Below are positions 22,034 through 33,854 of a stretch of DNA of 64,000 nt, piece after piece. Made by a program: the position numbers and the translations under genes. The stretch covers positions 43,028,001 through 43,092,000 of the forward strand of contig OZ287755.1 in assembly GCA_965649765.1 (NCBI GenBank), written 5' to 3'. This DNA comes from Bispira polyomma (Eukaryota). Position 1 is the first letter of the stretch; each line of letters starts with the position of its first letter. Below the pieces are notes generated by a model that ran no database searches, was not told where the DNA came from, and saw nothing but the letters and a program-made list of their open reading frames with translations.

Positions 22034-23716
22034 ATGAATGTCTTACAGGAAAAGGTGGCTCTATTTCAAAAACCTTTGATAGATCCATCAGTCCATCATA
22101 TTGATTGGGTTGAATACAGACCAACCGGTCAAATTAAAAGTGGAAATGTAATTGAATTTAATGTAACGAGGATGGGGCGGATTATATAGATTTGAAGAAA
22201 AGTAGATTGCATATTTCAATGAAAATTACAAATAGTAATGGAAGTGACAAGGAAGGGGGTAAAGGTAAGGGTGCAAACAGGATGGTGACCAGGTCATTAT
22301 CTAGGAAAGAAACAGAGGAGGATGAATTCTAAATTAATTTGGGTAAATTAAGGAATATGACAAGAGGAAGATGAGTTTTAAATTTTATTAGTATGCCTTA
22401 TTAGAATGTTCTGGGTTTCCAAATTTCTTTATATATGATATTATTCTTTTACCTCCAGCTACAGTCTCTATTATTTGAATTTCAAATTATATTATGTTTA
22501 GGACAGTGGTGTTATGAGTAAGTTACAAGTAAAGTTATTTTATAATGTATGGTTAAAGATGATAGTATGTATAACTTTGGGGTAGTGAATTCATTAACAC
22601 AGAGATTGACAGAAGCCTAATGGAAGTGACTTAGGGTCGACTGCTATAGTTGGTCCCGTCAATTTAACATTACATTCTCTCTTTCGTCAGGCAGATCTAA
22701 CTCTACAGCAAATCAATATTTCACCAGGTGTTGGAATTAACTATCCATACAAAAGTTCGATAGATGTATGGTTACATAATAGTTTTGTGAGTCAGCAGGG
22801 ACAGTTGGAAAATGAATTGTTTGCAAATGACACAGCTGCTACTCATAATGATGTAACTGGAGATGACAATATAGGGTTTGCTACTAGACAAGACAGATGT
22901 GCAGCAAGCACAGTAGTGGACTTATACGGCCCCTTACATGTGGATATTGCCGATCAAGATAGAGTCATTGTAAACGGAGTGCAGATCAATCTAAAATTAT
23001 ATCCCAGCACTGATAGATTCAGATTAATGGCAAAGGATGGAGATAAGGAGTATAAGATAGAAATTATTAATGCCGCTTTAAAGATCTGTCAGGTAAAATT
23101 AAGTCCCGAGCTCATACTAGCTCATGCAAAGGCTTTGAAGGTGGGACCAGCATTATACCCTTTCTGGCAAAGCGAATTTAAGACTTTTACCATACCAAAA
23201 GGTAATATGATGTGGAGTGATGATGGAACTTTTCATGGAGAGGTTCCTAGCAAATTAATTGTGGGTTTTGTTCCAGGAGAAGGTTATAGCGGTAGCTATA
23301 CTGTAAATCCATTTAAATTTCATCACTACCATTTAAATTACTTGGAATTCAGTGTAGATGGTGTGCCCGTTCCATGCAGACCACTTTGACCAAATTATAA
23401 AGAAGGATATTTGTCTAACAGACCTACTTTTACTGGAGAACAATACGCAGAAGCATATAATAGCTTGTTTTATGGGAGATATGGTGAAAATGAGAACAAT
23501 CTTATTAAATATACAGATTATCCGAATGGATATTGTCTTTATGTGTTTAATATAGACAGTAATGTGAGTGGTGAACTTAAATCAGAACGTAAAAAGGGTC
23601 ACACAAGAATAACTGTAAATTTTGGAAAAGCTTTAGTAGAAAGTGTAACTGCAATATTATATGCTCGTTTCCCATCTATGTTAACTATTGATGAGGCAAG
23701 AGTTGTAGAACAATGA
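22034..23716 (+). pseudogene. Major capsid protein (frameshift near 22168, 369-bp insert 22249-22617, TGA at 23387)
   Basis: N-terminus MNVLQEKVALFQKP...WVEYRPTGQI....IEFNV/DYIDLKKSRLHI is not in the ORF track; the gene resumes NGSDLGSTAIVGPVNL after the insert. Confidence 0.9.
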
Positions 23717-24159
23717 ATACTTCTGAGATAAAAGAAAAAATGTTGAATGATAGATTCATCAGCAAATATTATGGCGGTGTATATGCAGCAAATGAATTAC
23801 CAGTAAAATTTCAAAATTTACCTAAAATTCTGATTGTAAACACAAAACCTTACCCTCACGAAGGGGAACATTGGGTAGCAATGTATGTAAATAAACAAGA
23901 GGCGGAATATTTTGATTCTTTAGGTGATTTAGCTCCGAAAAGTTTTGAAAATTTTGTGTTGAGACATCAGGATAGTTATAGCAAAAATAACGCAAGAGTA
24001 CAAAGTTACAAGAGCATGTTGTGTGGGGAATATTGTCTATATTACGCTTACCATAAATGTAGGGGAAAGAGCTATACTGATATCTTAAAGACTTTCGATA
24101 AAGATTATAAAGTTAATGATGTGAATATAAAATCATTTTATATTTCGAAGTTCATTTAA
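23713..24159 (+). CDS. Adenain-like cysteine protease (right copy, intact)
   Basis: Same motifs as the left copy; ATGA overlap with the capsid stop. Confidence 0.93.
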   Translation: MNTSEIKEKMLNDRFISKYYGGVYAANELPVKFQNLPKILIVNTKPYPHEGEHWVAMYVNKQEAEYFDSLGDLAPKSFENFVLRHQDSYSKNNARVQSYKSMLCGEYCLYYAYHKCRGKSYTDILKTFDKDYKVNDVNIKSFYISKFI

Positions 24160-24589
24160 AATGCCAATGGTTTAACCTTTTAATCAATAACCATCAAAGT
24201 AGATAAATCAATGCTGTCAAAGTAAATACTGACACATTATTTGGTTAAATGAACAAAGTAAATAATGATGAGGTAATTGGATAAACAAAGCTGTCAAAGT
24301 AAATAGTGAGACATTATTTGGTCAAGTTGTCAAAGTAAATAATGATGAGGTTGTTGGTTAAACAAAGCTGTCAAAGTAAATAATGACAGAGTATTTGGAT
24401 AAATAGTCAAAGTAAATAATGATGAGGTAATTGGTTAAACAATGCTGACAAGGTAAATAGTATAATGTAATTGATGAATAAATTATGAATTGTGAGTAAT
24501 GTTTTAGTGAAATAAAAGAAAATGACTCAATATTAAAAAAAGGATATAAATTGGGAAAGCAACCACATTGCAGTCAGAAAGGAAACAAG

Positions 24590-25266
24590 ATGGCAGAGAA
24601 TACAACTCAAAGGAGAGCAAGGGAAGATGAGACTGACTGTGTTGTTGCAGCCTCTGCATCTAGTTATAGAAGAAGAATAGATATGCAAGACAGAATAAGT
24701 GAACTGACAAAAAAGTTCCGCAATTTCCAATGTGAAGAAGAATCACTGGCTATGACTAGGGATTGGCTAGATTACAAAATCTTCAAAAACAGATTAGAAA
24801 GTTTCAGAGGTTGGCCAAAAAGTACCGGAGTGAGTGGAGAGGATGCAGCCAAGGGGGATTTCGATACACTGGTTATGGTGACAGTTGTGTATGTCCGTGG
24901 TGTTACATGCAGGTGAAGAACTGGAATTACTTTGATGAACCGTTGAAAATGCACTCCAAACTCAACCCGAATTGCGAATACGTGCAAACTGTATTCCCTA
25001 GTGAATTGACAAAAATTGAAAGAGGTAATTATAAGTTGTATCAAAATCGTCTGGAAAGCTACAGAGGGTGGAGCGATGGCAAGATAGTAAAACCAGAAAA
25101 GTTAGCCAGAGCTGGATTGATGTACACTGGTTTAGGGGACAGATGTCAGTGCCTCTGGTGTTCTATAATTCTCCATTCCTGGGAGTACCTGGACGAGCCC
25201 TTAGCCGAACATCAAAGACATTCAAAAGACTGTAGTTACATAAAAATGATTCTGTTAGATGACTAA
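24590..25266 (+). pseudogene. Two-BIR IAP-like gene, right copy, frameshifted near 24851
   Basis: Split over ORFs 24551-24916 and 24763-25266; 1 nt shorter than the left copy in the G run. Confidence 0.9.
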
Positions 25267-25338
25267 ATAGTTTAGAAATATGTTCATAGTGTGTTGTAAA
25301 TAATATTATATGTATGGTGATTTGTGTATTTTATTTTG

Positions 25339-25382
<44 letters not shown>

Positions 25383-25493
25383 TTTGTGTAAATAATATTG
25401 AAAATAAAGGTAGTTTAGAAAAAAATAGTTGTTCTCATTTCACCTTTAAAGAAAAGGGAAAAAAAACAACAACACAAACACAGTAATTTTAAA

Positions 25494-25841
25494 ATGTCAC
25501 ATCTATTGACAATAAACAATCCAGATTGTGATTCAAAAGCCATTATGAGTTGGAAAAAAGAAGGTGAAGGGTTTCAAAATGCTTTAGAACTAAGAGATTT
25601 AACAGAGTTCTATAAGAACCAAATCTTTTACAAGAGTATATGTCAAAGAACTACACATTTGGTTTTGTTACATAAAATAAACATAAGTGAAAGAATTCAT
25701 TTATGTTTTGAAATAAAAGAATTAACAATGAAAGAACTATTCATTAAATTATATGACACAGACAGCAGCTACCACTTTAGCATAAAAAGAACAAAAGGTT
25801 TGAATGCGGTGAGATTAAAATTTGAAAAAAAGGTTACTTGA
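25494..25841 (+). CDS. Maverick hypothetical protein (115 aa), right copy
   Basis: Same translation as 7156-7503. Confidence 0.7.
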   Translation: MSHLLTINNPDCDSKAIMSWKKEGEGFQNALELRDLTEFYKNQIFYKSICQRTTHLVLLHKINISERIHLCFEIKELTMKELFIKLYDTDSSYHFSIKRTKGLNAVRLKFEKKVT

Positions 25842-25909
25842 CTATACAAATAAAGTAATAAGGTATAAGAGGGAGGTAGACTTCATAAAAATTTCATTCA
25901 TTTGTAAAA

Positions 25910-26374
25910 ATGGCTCAAATAAAGACTGAGGTAGATAATGGAAAAGATATATTGGGAAGAATATTGAATATTAAAAGAAAATCTTTCAGTGAAAGAAATA
26001 AATATTTTGGTTTAAACAACATAACAATAAGAGATGAAAGCTACAAAAAATTATTCAGAAGTATACCCACTATCAACAAGGCGATAAGGAGAGAAAATAC
26101 AAAGATGTCAATTCCTATTAGTGAATCTGAAAAAATTAGAATAACAAAAGAACTCTCCTATAATAAGATGGGCAAATTCAGAAAGTTTCCGAGGGATATA
26201 ATATACCTTTCAATATTCAGTGGAGGGAGAGAATTCTCTTTAACTGTAAGTGATTGGTGACAAATAGTTAAAATGTGGAAGAGAGTAGAAAGGACAGAAA
26301 GCTTCTGTTACAAGAATGCTGTACTAAAAGTAGCACCTAAATTGGAACCCATGTTCCAACTTGGAGGTTTTTAG
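25910..26374 (+). pseudogene. Right copy of PC4-like ORF with CGA>TGA stop at 26258-26260
   Basis: Collinear with the intact copy at 6623-7087. Confidence 0.7.
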
Positions 26375-26548
26375 AAGAAGGTGGTAGTATGTGGAGGTAG
26401 CAAAATCATAATGTATTCAATCAAAGTAAAATATCTATAAGAGGGCAAAAAGACTCGAGGTCACGGGCTTTTTTCATTTTGTGCACAAGTACATGGGATT
26501 GGGCACTAATCATCAGCGTGAATCACTCCCCCTACTACTACTGGTACT

Positions 26549-26782
26549 GCCGAAATAGCAGTGGTATCTAGTGAAAGGAGCAGTGATAAGATCTCGAAGT
26601 CCAAACTAAGTAGTAGTGCTGGCAACTGGGGTAAAACGTCAAGAATAATTTGCAGATATTGCGGTACAAACCATCCACCTACGAAATATCCGGCCTATGG
26701 GAAAACGTGCACAAAATGTGGTAGGCAGCATCATTTTAGTGTAATGTGTGGAAATTTAAAAAAAAGATGTACATTCAATTGA
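26549..26782 (+). pseudogene. gag: Gypsy gag, 3' part with zinc knuckles
   Basis: CRYCGTNH...YPAYGKTCTKCGRQHHFSVMC; in frame with 5895-6443 once the Maverick is removed. Confidence 0.9.
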
Positions 26783-26827
26783 CATATCAGCTGATGTAAA
26801 TAGTGTGGTCAGGACAATAATGATGAT

Positions 26828-29621
26828 TTGTTCTTCAATGTCATCAATGTGGATACTGTTGATAATGTTCCTAGCAACTGGACATGCCTGGTTACAATAG
26901 GCAAGTGTGTTATCCCTTTTAAATTGGACACAGGTGCCCAGGCAAAAGTAATCACGGAAGGTGACCTCAAGAGCATAACAGGAGTGAAAATTCATGAAGC
27001 AAAAGAGACACTACGTGGATACACAGGTGGCAGATTGCAGGTTACAGGGAAATGTGTCTTATAGGTGAAATATAATACTAGGAAAACCAAGGCCCTGTTC
27101 TATATTGTGAAGGGAATCCAGCAGAGTTTGCTTGGCCTCAATTTGTGTAAACGTTTGGAATTAGTGCAACTGAATTGTAAAACTGTCACATTTGACTCTA
27201 GTTTATATCCTAGTGTGTCAGTTGTGGAGCAGGATAGCAATGGGTGTTATGCCTGGATAGGCAGCGAGTACAGTGATGTGTTTAAAGGACTAGGAAATGG
27301 ATTCCTCTGTTACCCCAGTAGTATATCCATGCCTCAAAGTGCCCTTTCAACTAAGGGATAAATTTAAGGAAGAACTGGACAAAATAGAAGTAATGGGAGT
27401 TGCTGAGAAAGAAAACTACGCTTTTGCCTTGACCCTCGTGCGTTAAATTCTGCCATAAAACGTGAGAGATATAACTTACCTACAAGAAAGGAAATTCAGT
27501 CAAAATTTGGAAACTGTAAAGTATTTTCACAATTAGATGGCTCAACTGGATTTTGACAGATGTGTCTCGACAAAGAAAGCTCTTATCTCACTGCTTTCTC
27601 TACTCCATATGGCTGATACCGCTACCTTCGTTTGGCATACGGCATCAGTTCAGCTCCTGAAGTGTACCATAAAACAGTCCGTAAATTGTTTAGTCATATC
27701 CCGGGAGTAGATACTTCGATGGATGACATAGTAGTGGCAGCAAGTAACAGAGAAGAACATGACAAAATACTGAGGTAGGTGTTGGACACAGCTAGAAAGA
27801 ACAACTTAAAGCTCAACCAAGACAAGTGCCAGTTTGGTGTACGTGAATTAGTATTTCTGGGCGATGTGGTCGGTGCAGACGGTATGAAATCCAATCATAA
27901 GAAAGTATCTGCAATAGTGAATATGGAAGCCCCAAAGGACAAAGCCGCTGTTTCACGATTCATTGATATGGTCAGCAAGGCAGCACCACTGACAAATTTG
28001 ACTAAGAAGAATGTACACTTTGAATAGGAAAATGAACATGAGAATTCATTCCAGTACTTGAAGCAGTGCCTAAGTAGTGAACCAGTTCTGAGACTTTATA
28101 AACCTGGATGTACGTTAAAACTATCATGTAACGCTAATCAAGATGGACTAGGTTGCTGTTTATTGATGTATGATAATGGAGAGTGGAGGCCACTGGGATA
28201 TTTCTCATGCAAGATGCTTGACTGTGAAACAAGATATGCAATGATAGAAAAGGAACTTCTTGCATTTGCTTTTTGGTGTGCCTGGTGTCACCAGTATATT
28301 TATGGAATTACACTGATGGTCGAAACTGATCATAAGAGTCTGATATCATTGTTTAAGAAGGTATTCCTTAGATGTTCAATACGTGCCAGGAAAAAAACTT
28401 AGTTGTTCCAGATACATTGAGCCGGGCATCTGAGAAGTATGCTTTTCAAACTGATAGAGACTTAGTTTGTGAGGTAAAGTTGTATGTTGACACTGTGGTT
28501 AAAACATTACCCTTTTCAGATATTCGCCTAGAACAGGTCAGGCAGGAAACTTCAAAAGATTTGAGATCTCATGCACACAGTTATGTATGGATGGCCCGAC
28601 TGCCAGGAGAAGTGTTTTCCTCTGAGCCTCTCATTTTGGAATATCCGAGCAGAATTAAGTGTAGCAGATGGAGTTATGTTTAAGGGAAACAAGGTTTTGA
28701 TACCAACATCTATGCGCCCAGATATGCTGAAGAAAATTCATCAAGGTCATATGGAAGTAGTCAAGTCAAAAGCCATGCTCATGAGATAATGTATTGGCCA
28801 GGCATGTCGAGTGATATTGACCAGTTGACCTCAAACTGTTCATCGTACATGAAATTCTCATCAAAGCTTCAGCATGAACCACTTCAGCCCCATCAAGTAC
28901 ACTTGCGCCCTTGGATAAGGGTGGGCACAGACTTGTTCCAGTATCAAGGGGTTAATTACCTTATCCTGGTTGAATATTATTCAAATTATCCAGAGTTGGT
29001 AACCTTACAAGACATTTCTGCAAACTCAGTCATCAATGGCACTAAGTCCATCATAGCGAGACATGGCATAACTGATGAGATAATTTCTGATGGTGGAGAG
29101 TGTTACGCATCAGCTAGATATAAGGCATTTACTGAGGATTGGGACATCAAGCACGTATGTCATTACATCCAGCTACATGAGCAACAGCAACGGGCAGGCA
29201 GAGTCTTGTGTTAAGGTAGTCAAAATTCAGGTCAACACTGCCAATGCATTGGTTACTCCTGTCAACAGCCACTGATGCAGCCATTGAAAATAAAAGCGCA
29301 GACAAGCTGATGCAAGCATATTACTATAATCGTGGTTCAAAACCACTTCAAGACTTTGAAGTCGGTTCTGATGTGCTGGTCTATAATTGCAGAAATGATC
29401 AGCGGGATACTCAAGGACATATTGTAAAGAAGATCAGGGATCGTACCTACCAAGTTAAACTGAGTTCAGGCCCAGTCATCACCAGAAACCGTAGGTTTTT
29501 GAAGAAATTTACACTGGACAGAGATATTCCTCTGAAATCACAGCTTCTAGTGTTGCCTGAAATGGGTGGGAGCGACAAAACTGAGACAAGTGAAAAAGAA
29601 AGTCCGTCTGTAAAAAGGTGA
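26828..29621 (+). pseudogene. pol: Gypsy pol remnant (protease, RT, RNase H, integrase)
   Basis: LDTGAQAKVI; YRYLRLAYGISSAPEVY...SMDDIVV; RYAMIEKELLA...VETDHKSL; IHQGH...YWPGM; VGTDLF; IISDGG; SNGQAE. Many stops and frameshifts. Confidence 0.92.
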
Positions 29622-30122
29622 TTGTCACTTGGCCAGAATGTGAACAAGAAATAAGGAATGTTCCAGGGGAGTGTCAACAGAGCATGGTTCAAACAGACAC
29701 AACCACAGAATTACAACCAGTGGCGTCCTCATCCCCAGAAACTCGCAAGTCCTCCAGAACAGTGAGGCCACCAAAACGTTATGGATATGAGTAACAGTAA
29801 TTGTAAACATTAATTCACTTTAGGGAACAGAATGGTAAAGATTCAGTCAGGGAGTGACTGTGCTAGTAACCTCTCCTCCCAAGTTAATGAACTTTTATCA
29901 TGTTAAACCATTTGGGAAAAGTTAGTTGGAAATTAATTTTTAGTTAAGAGCATTTATTTGTTTAACACTGTAATGTGACACAAGGATACTACAAAAATAA
30001 AGCTGTAAACTTTTAAACTAGATACAGGATGATGAAGGACTTATTATTAAAACATATAGTATCTATATATTATTTAATAGTTTAATTAAGTTTAAAGAAA
30101 AAAACATTGAATCTTTTTTTTT

Positions 30123-30134
30123 GGAGAAAGGAAA
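30123..30134 (+). promoter_or_regulatory. Polypurine tract
   Basis: GGAGAAAGGAAA directly before the TG of the 3' LTR. Confidence 0.8.
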
Positions 30135-30294
30135 TGTTGTATATGTGTTTTTTAGTATACACAAGCTTTCTTTTGTTGGGCGGACTAAGAATGTACACAA
30201 ATGTTGGATGACCTGTGAGTGCCCTTGAAGAAGAGAAACTTTATTATGTTATTTCCTGTGTTTTAGTGAAACCTAACAATAACAGAACATAACA
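30135..30294 (+). repeat. 3' LTR
   Basis: TGTT...AACA, homologous to 5543-5707. Confidence 0.85.
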
Positions 30295-30432
30295 GTTTCT
30301 AGTTCTAATAATCTATATATAGTCCTGGATTGACCTAAAAATATATAATGTAGCATTTTCTCTCTACTTTAGGATTTAATTTTTTAATTTAAATTAGAAT
30401 AAATCAGGAAGGAAATGTTTAGTTGAAACAAA

Positions 30433-31010
30433 TGTTTAATATTTTTACTTCTATAGCGCCACAATCGATGACCAAGCATCCACTGCAGTGCACTTCCAAA
30501 TCAGTAAGCAAAAGTCTGATATGAGAAAAGGTTTATGATCAGAGTTCAGTCATGATCAGGAGACAAAAGTTAAGGTGTAAAAGCGAGTTGATACAAATGT
30601 ATTTTGAGCTTTTTCCTGAAGCCAGTAATCCTTGTCTCATTGGAAATACTAGTAGGGAAACTATTCCACTCAGCAGGTACTGCAATTTTAGATGATATAT
30701 ATTTTGTATCAGCTAGTGTTGGGGTAACAAACCAAGGCTGAAAAAATAGATGATAAATAGGCTGCTGTACCTGCACTGTCTTTAAAATGAGAACAATTAC
30801 CTTATAAATAAGTTTAATACAGAATTCAATAGGTAGCCAGTGCAATTTTTGAAGCAGATGTGTTGTGTGTCAGCGGAGACCAGCATGGCATACAATTCTG
30901 CATAGATTGTTTTGAATTTTCTGCAGCTTGTTTATTTGCACAATATTAAGGTGTAGTAATTAAGTCGATTTGCAACCAGGGCATTTGCAACTGCAACAGT
31001 ATTTTTTAAG
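30433..31010 (-). mobile_element. L2-like LINE 3' remnant
   Basis: LHWLPI...IYKV...WNSFP...FRKKLKIHLYQLAF; upstream AVANALVA.RL motif. Confidence 0.8.
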
Positions 31011-31544
31011 CCAGAAATATATTCATGGAAAACAAGTGAAGTTGATCATGTATTCAAACTCTAGATATTTAAACTTAAAAAAATGTAATATATTTTAGGT
31101 TAATTATCCATATATTAAAAAATCAAGTAAAATGTGGAAATAAATGTATGGTTAAAAAGAAAGTACTGGGACGGAAATTTTTCTAGCAGAAAGTTCCCAT
31201 CTTAAACTGTAATTATAAAGCAAGTTCAAAATTTAGACCACACATTTTTCAATTCAGCATAAATTAGTCTATAACAAACAACCAAGCACTGATTTGACCA
31301 TTCCAGGGTATATAAACATGTGAACTTTGCTTTTGATCTAATTAAATTAAAACCAGAGAAAAAGGGAATATCATATTTTTTCATTTCGATTTAAATGCTC
31401 ATTTTGAAAAAAGATGGCCATCACAGGCGTTTCTTTGAAAATAATCAGGCTTTTAACTGTGTCTGTTTCTCAGCTGTAGAAGGTTCAATCTCTTTACGGG
31501 TGATATGTTTAACGGATATATATGTCCTTCATAAGCATGCAGAC

Positions 31545-32400
31545 ATTTGACCTTAAATCTCCTCATTCAAGGTCATTGACAGAGTACCAAAGTACCCCAA
31601 GTGACAGAATTTGGCCAAACTTTCCCTAGTGCCTATATCTCGCTTAATATTGGTCCTACAGGTTTGGGATCTGAAACAAACCTATAGGAAATCATGGGCT
31701 GGGAATTTTTCATGTTGTCCGATTTGACATTGGGCCCCTCATTCAAGGTCAAATGCAGATGGCCAAACTTAAAGGTCCCTATATCTCCCTTATTATTGGT
31801 CCCAGAGGTTTGGAGTGCCAAACCAACCTGTAGAAAATCATGGGCTGGGAATCTTTTGATGTACTCAGATTTGACCTTGGGCCTCTCGTTCAAGTTCAAA
31901 TGTGGATGGCCAAACTTAAAAGTGCCTATATCTCGCTTATTATTGGTCCGACAGGTTTGGAGTGCCAAACCAACCTGTAGAAAATCATGGGCTGGGAATC
32001 TTTTCATGTACTCAGATTTGACCTTGGGCCCCTCATTCAAGATCAAATGCAGATGGCAAAACTTAAAAGTACCTAAATCTAGCTTATTATTGGTCCTACA
32101 GATTTGGAATATGAAACCAACCTGTAGGAAATCCAGGCTTGGGAATCTTTTGATGTGGTCCGATTTGACCTTTGGCCCCTCATTCAAAGTCAGTCTTGGT
32201 CAATCTTAAAAGTGCCTATATCTCGCTTATTATTGGTCGTACAGGTTTGGGATGTGAAACTAAAATATAGGAAATCATGGGTTGCTAATCTTTTGCTGTG
32301 GTCAGATTTGATATTGGATTCCTTGTGCAAGGTCAAACAGATAGGCCAAACTTTAAAGTGCCTATCTCACACTTAGTAGTCCAACATGTTTGCAATGTGA
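31545..32400. repeat. Tandem array of about 146-bp units (about 6 copies), probably internal to a Helentron-like non-autonomous element
   Basis: gtgcctatatctcgcttattattggtcc recurs near 31629, 31775, 31921, 32068, 32211 and 32357; tttgacctt/aaggtcaaa palindromic motifs. Confidence 0.85.
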
Positions 32401-33854
32401 AACCCACTTATGCAATTTAAGGCTTTAGAATAAATGCCCTATAGAAAATTATAGGCTCCTAGCTTGGGTGCTAGCTAGGGTGCTTGCTACCTAGAGTGCT
32501 TTGTCTTTCTGGTGGATACAAATATGCATCGGTTCTCAGATGCGCTAGGTATAGTTTTGATTGAATTACATTTTTGAATAGGTTTCCTTATTTTATATAA
32601 AAGAAGAACAGAAAAGACTCCTCCTTTTAGGAAATGGTAACTTTTACAGTTTTCTAGAATAGACCCAGTTTTTGTATTTTATTTGAAAAAAAATCATTCA
32701 AAATAAAGTTTAAGTTTTTCTTTCTCTGGTAATGTACAATAATTCCATATTAATTCCTTCTTGTGTGTGAATTGTGTCGCGTTTGTGAACCATGTACTTA
32801 CAAATATTAACCATTTTTTTTCAATTGATACACACTGTCATATATATTATATGTCCCAAAATATATATTAAAGTGACCTGTGAAATTTATAAATTAGCAT
32901 ATAATTAAAATACACGTATATGTTGTTTTTTATTATTTCTACTTATGACAAGATGACAATTGCGACCAATAATTGGTAGCATAATTAGGTAGGGCTCTGA
33001 CTTGGGACAGACAAAGATGTATTTTTTGTATAGCTACCTATCAGTATATATTCGTCTTCAGTGGGTGAAAAAATACGATAAAAGTACCAGAGTTTGCAAT
33101 CTGAATGTGTGTATTTGAACATGAGCGAAACGTCTGATAAAAAAACGGCCCAAAAATAATGAACAATCAGTAAAATCAAAGGGGTGTTAAAAATGGTACA
33201 GTGTCTAGTATCTTCTATTTTCGCTTACGCTGTATGAAAATGCTAAGGCTGCAAAAATCTCACCCTAACCAGAAATTTTTGCAAATCAGTTATTTAAGGA
33301 AATCGCTCCAAACCTTCTGCGTAGCATGCTTTGTTATATATTGCCCGTTTTTTAAAATATATTTTGAACTTTAATCACTGTGGCAGATCTTAGCTCATTT
33401 TCATTGACTGTCTTCGTGACAATAAAAAAATGCAGAGCGAAAAAATTGTGAAAATCAGATTTTAAAATGTGTACATCTCAGCGAGTATAGGACGGAACCT
33501 AATTTTGTAAAAAGTGTTAAAAGTGTATCAATTACTCTCTATAGTCATATGAATCTTAACACTTTAGGTTTGCTAGTAACTCTATTAGAAACAAAACTGT
33601 GGCTTGTCGAGATATGATTTTGAAGTTTCGACTCGTTTTTAAAAAATTATCTAATATCTGCACACTTCAGCTTCAATAAATATAATAATAATGATATCTT
33701 TCACTGATGTCATTTGTCTGGAAATCACCAGATTTTCAGCCAATCTTGTCTCGCCTACAACTATATGCCGATATGGGCCTGTTTTTGTTGAGAGTGAGCT
33801 ACTTTCATTTACGTTTTCCTTAGAAATCTATGAATATTCATTAAATGAAGAAAG

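Larger units (their letters stand above)
6444..26542 (+). mobile_element. Maverick/Polinton (adintovirus-like) element, non-autonomous and rearranged
   Basis: Termini AGTAGTAGTAGGGGGAG / CTCCCCCTACTACTACT, perfect 6-bp TSD GGTACT (6438-6443, 26543-26548); packaging ATPase, integrase, minor and major capsid and adenain genes. Confidence 0.97.
22246..26542 (+). repeat. Right arm of about 4.3-kb inverted repeat
   Basis: Matches 6444-10753 in inverted orientation. Confidence 0.97.
5543..30294 (+). mobile_element. Decayed Ty3/Gypsy LTR retrotransposon (Mag-like), interrupted by a Maverick
   Basis: Two short diverged LTRs, PBS, PPT, gag with zinc knuckles, pol in PR-RT-RH-INT order with many stops and frameshifts. 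Confidence 0.93.

Noticed and set aside
24200-24470. CRISPR-like repeat array
   Set aside because: Eukaryotic context, degenerate repeats, repetitive rather than unique spacers, no cas genes. The same applies to the satellites elsewhere in the window.
6444-26542. Pure assembly artefact (inverted haplotype duplication)
   Set aside because: The perfect TSD, in-frame gag rejoin and CpG-biased differences on both arms favour a real structure; long-read confirmation is still advisable.
5536-30300. Target-site duplication for the Gypsy element
   Set aside because: The flanks (tgact versus gtttc) do not match; the 5' LTR start is uncertain or eroded.
31633-32376. ORFs of 184, 171 and 73 aa
   Set aside because: By-products of a roughly 147-bp (49-codon) non-coding tandem repeat that is open on both strands.
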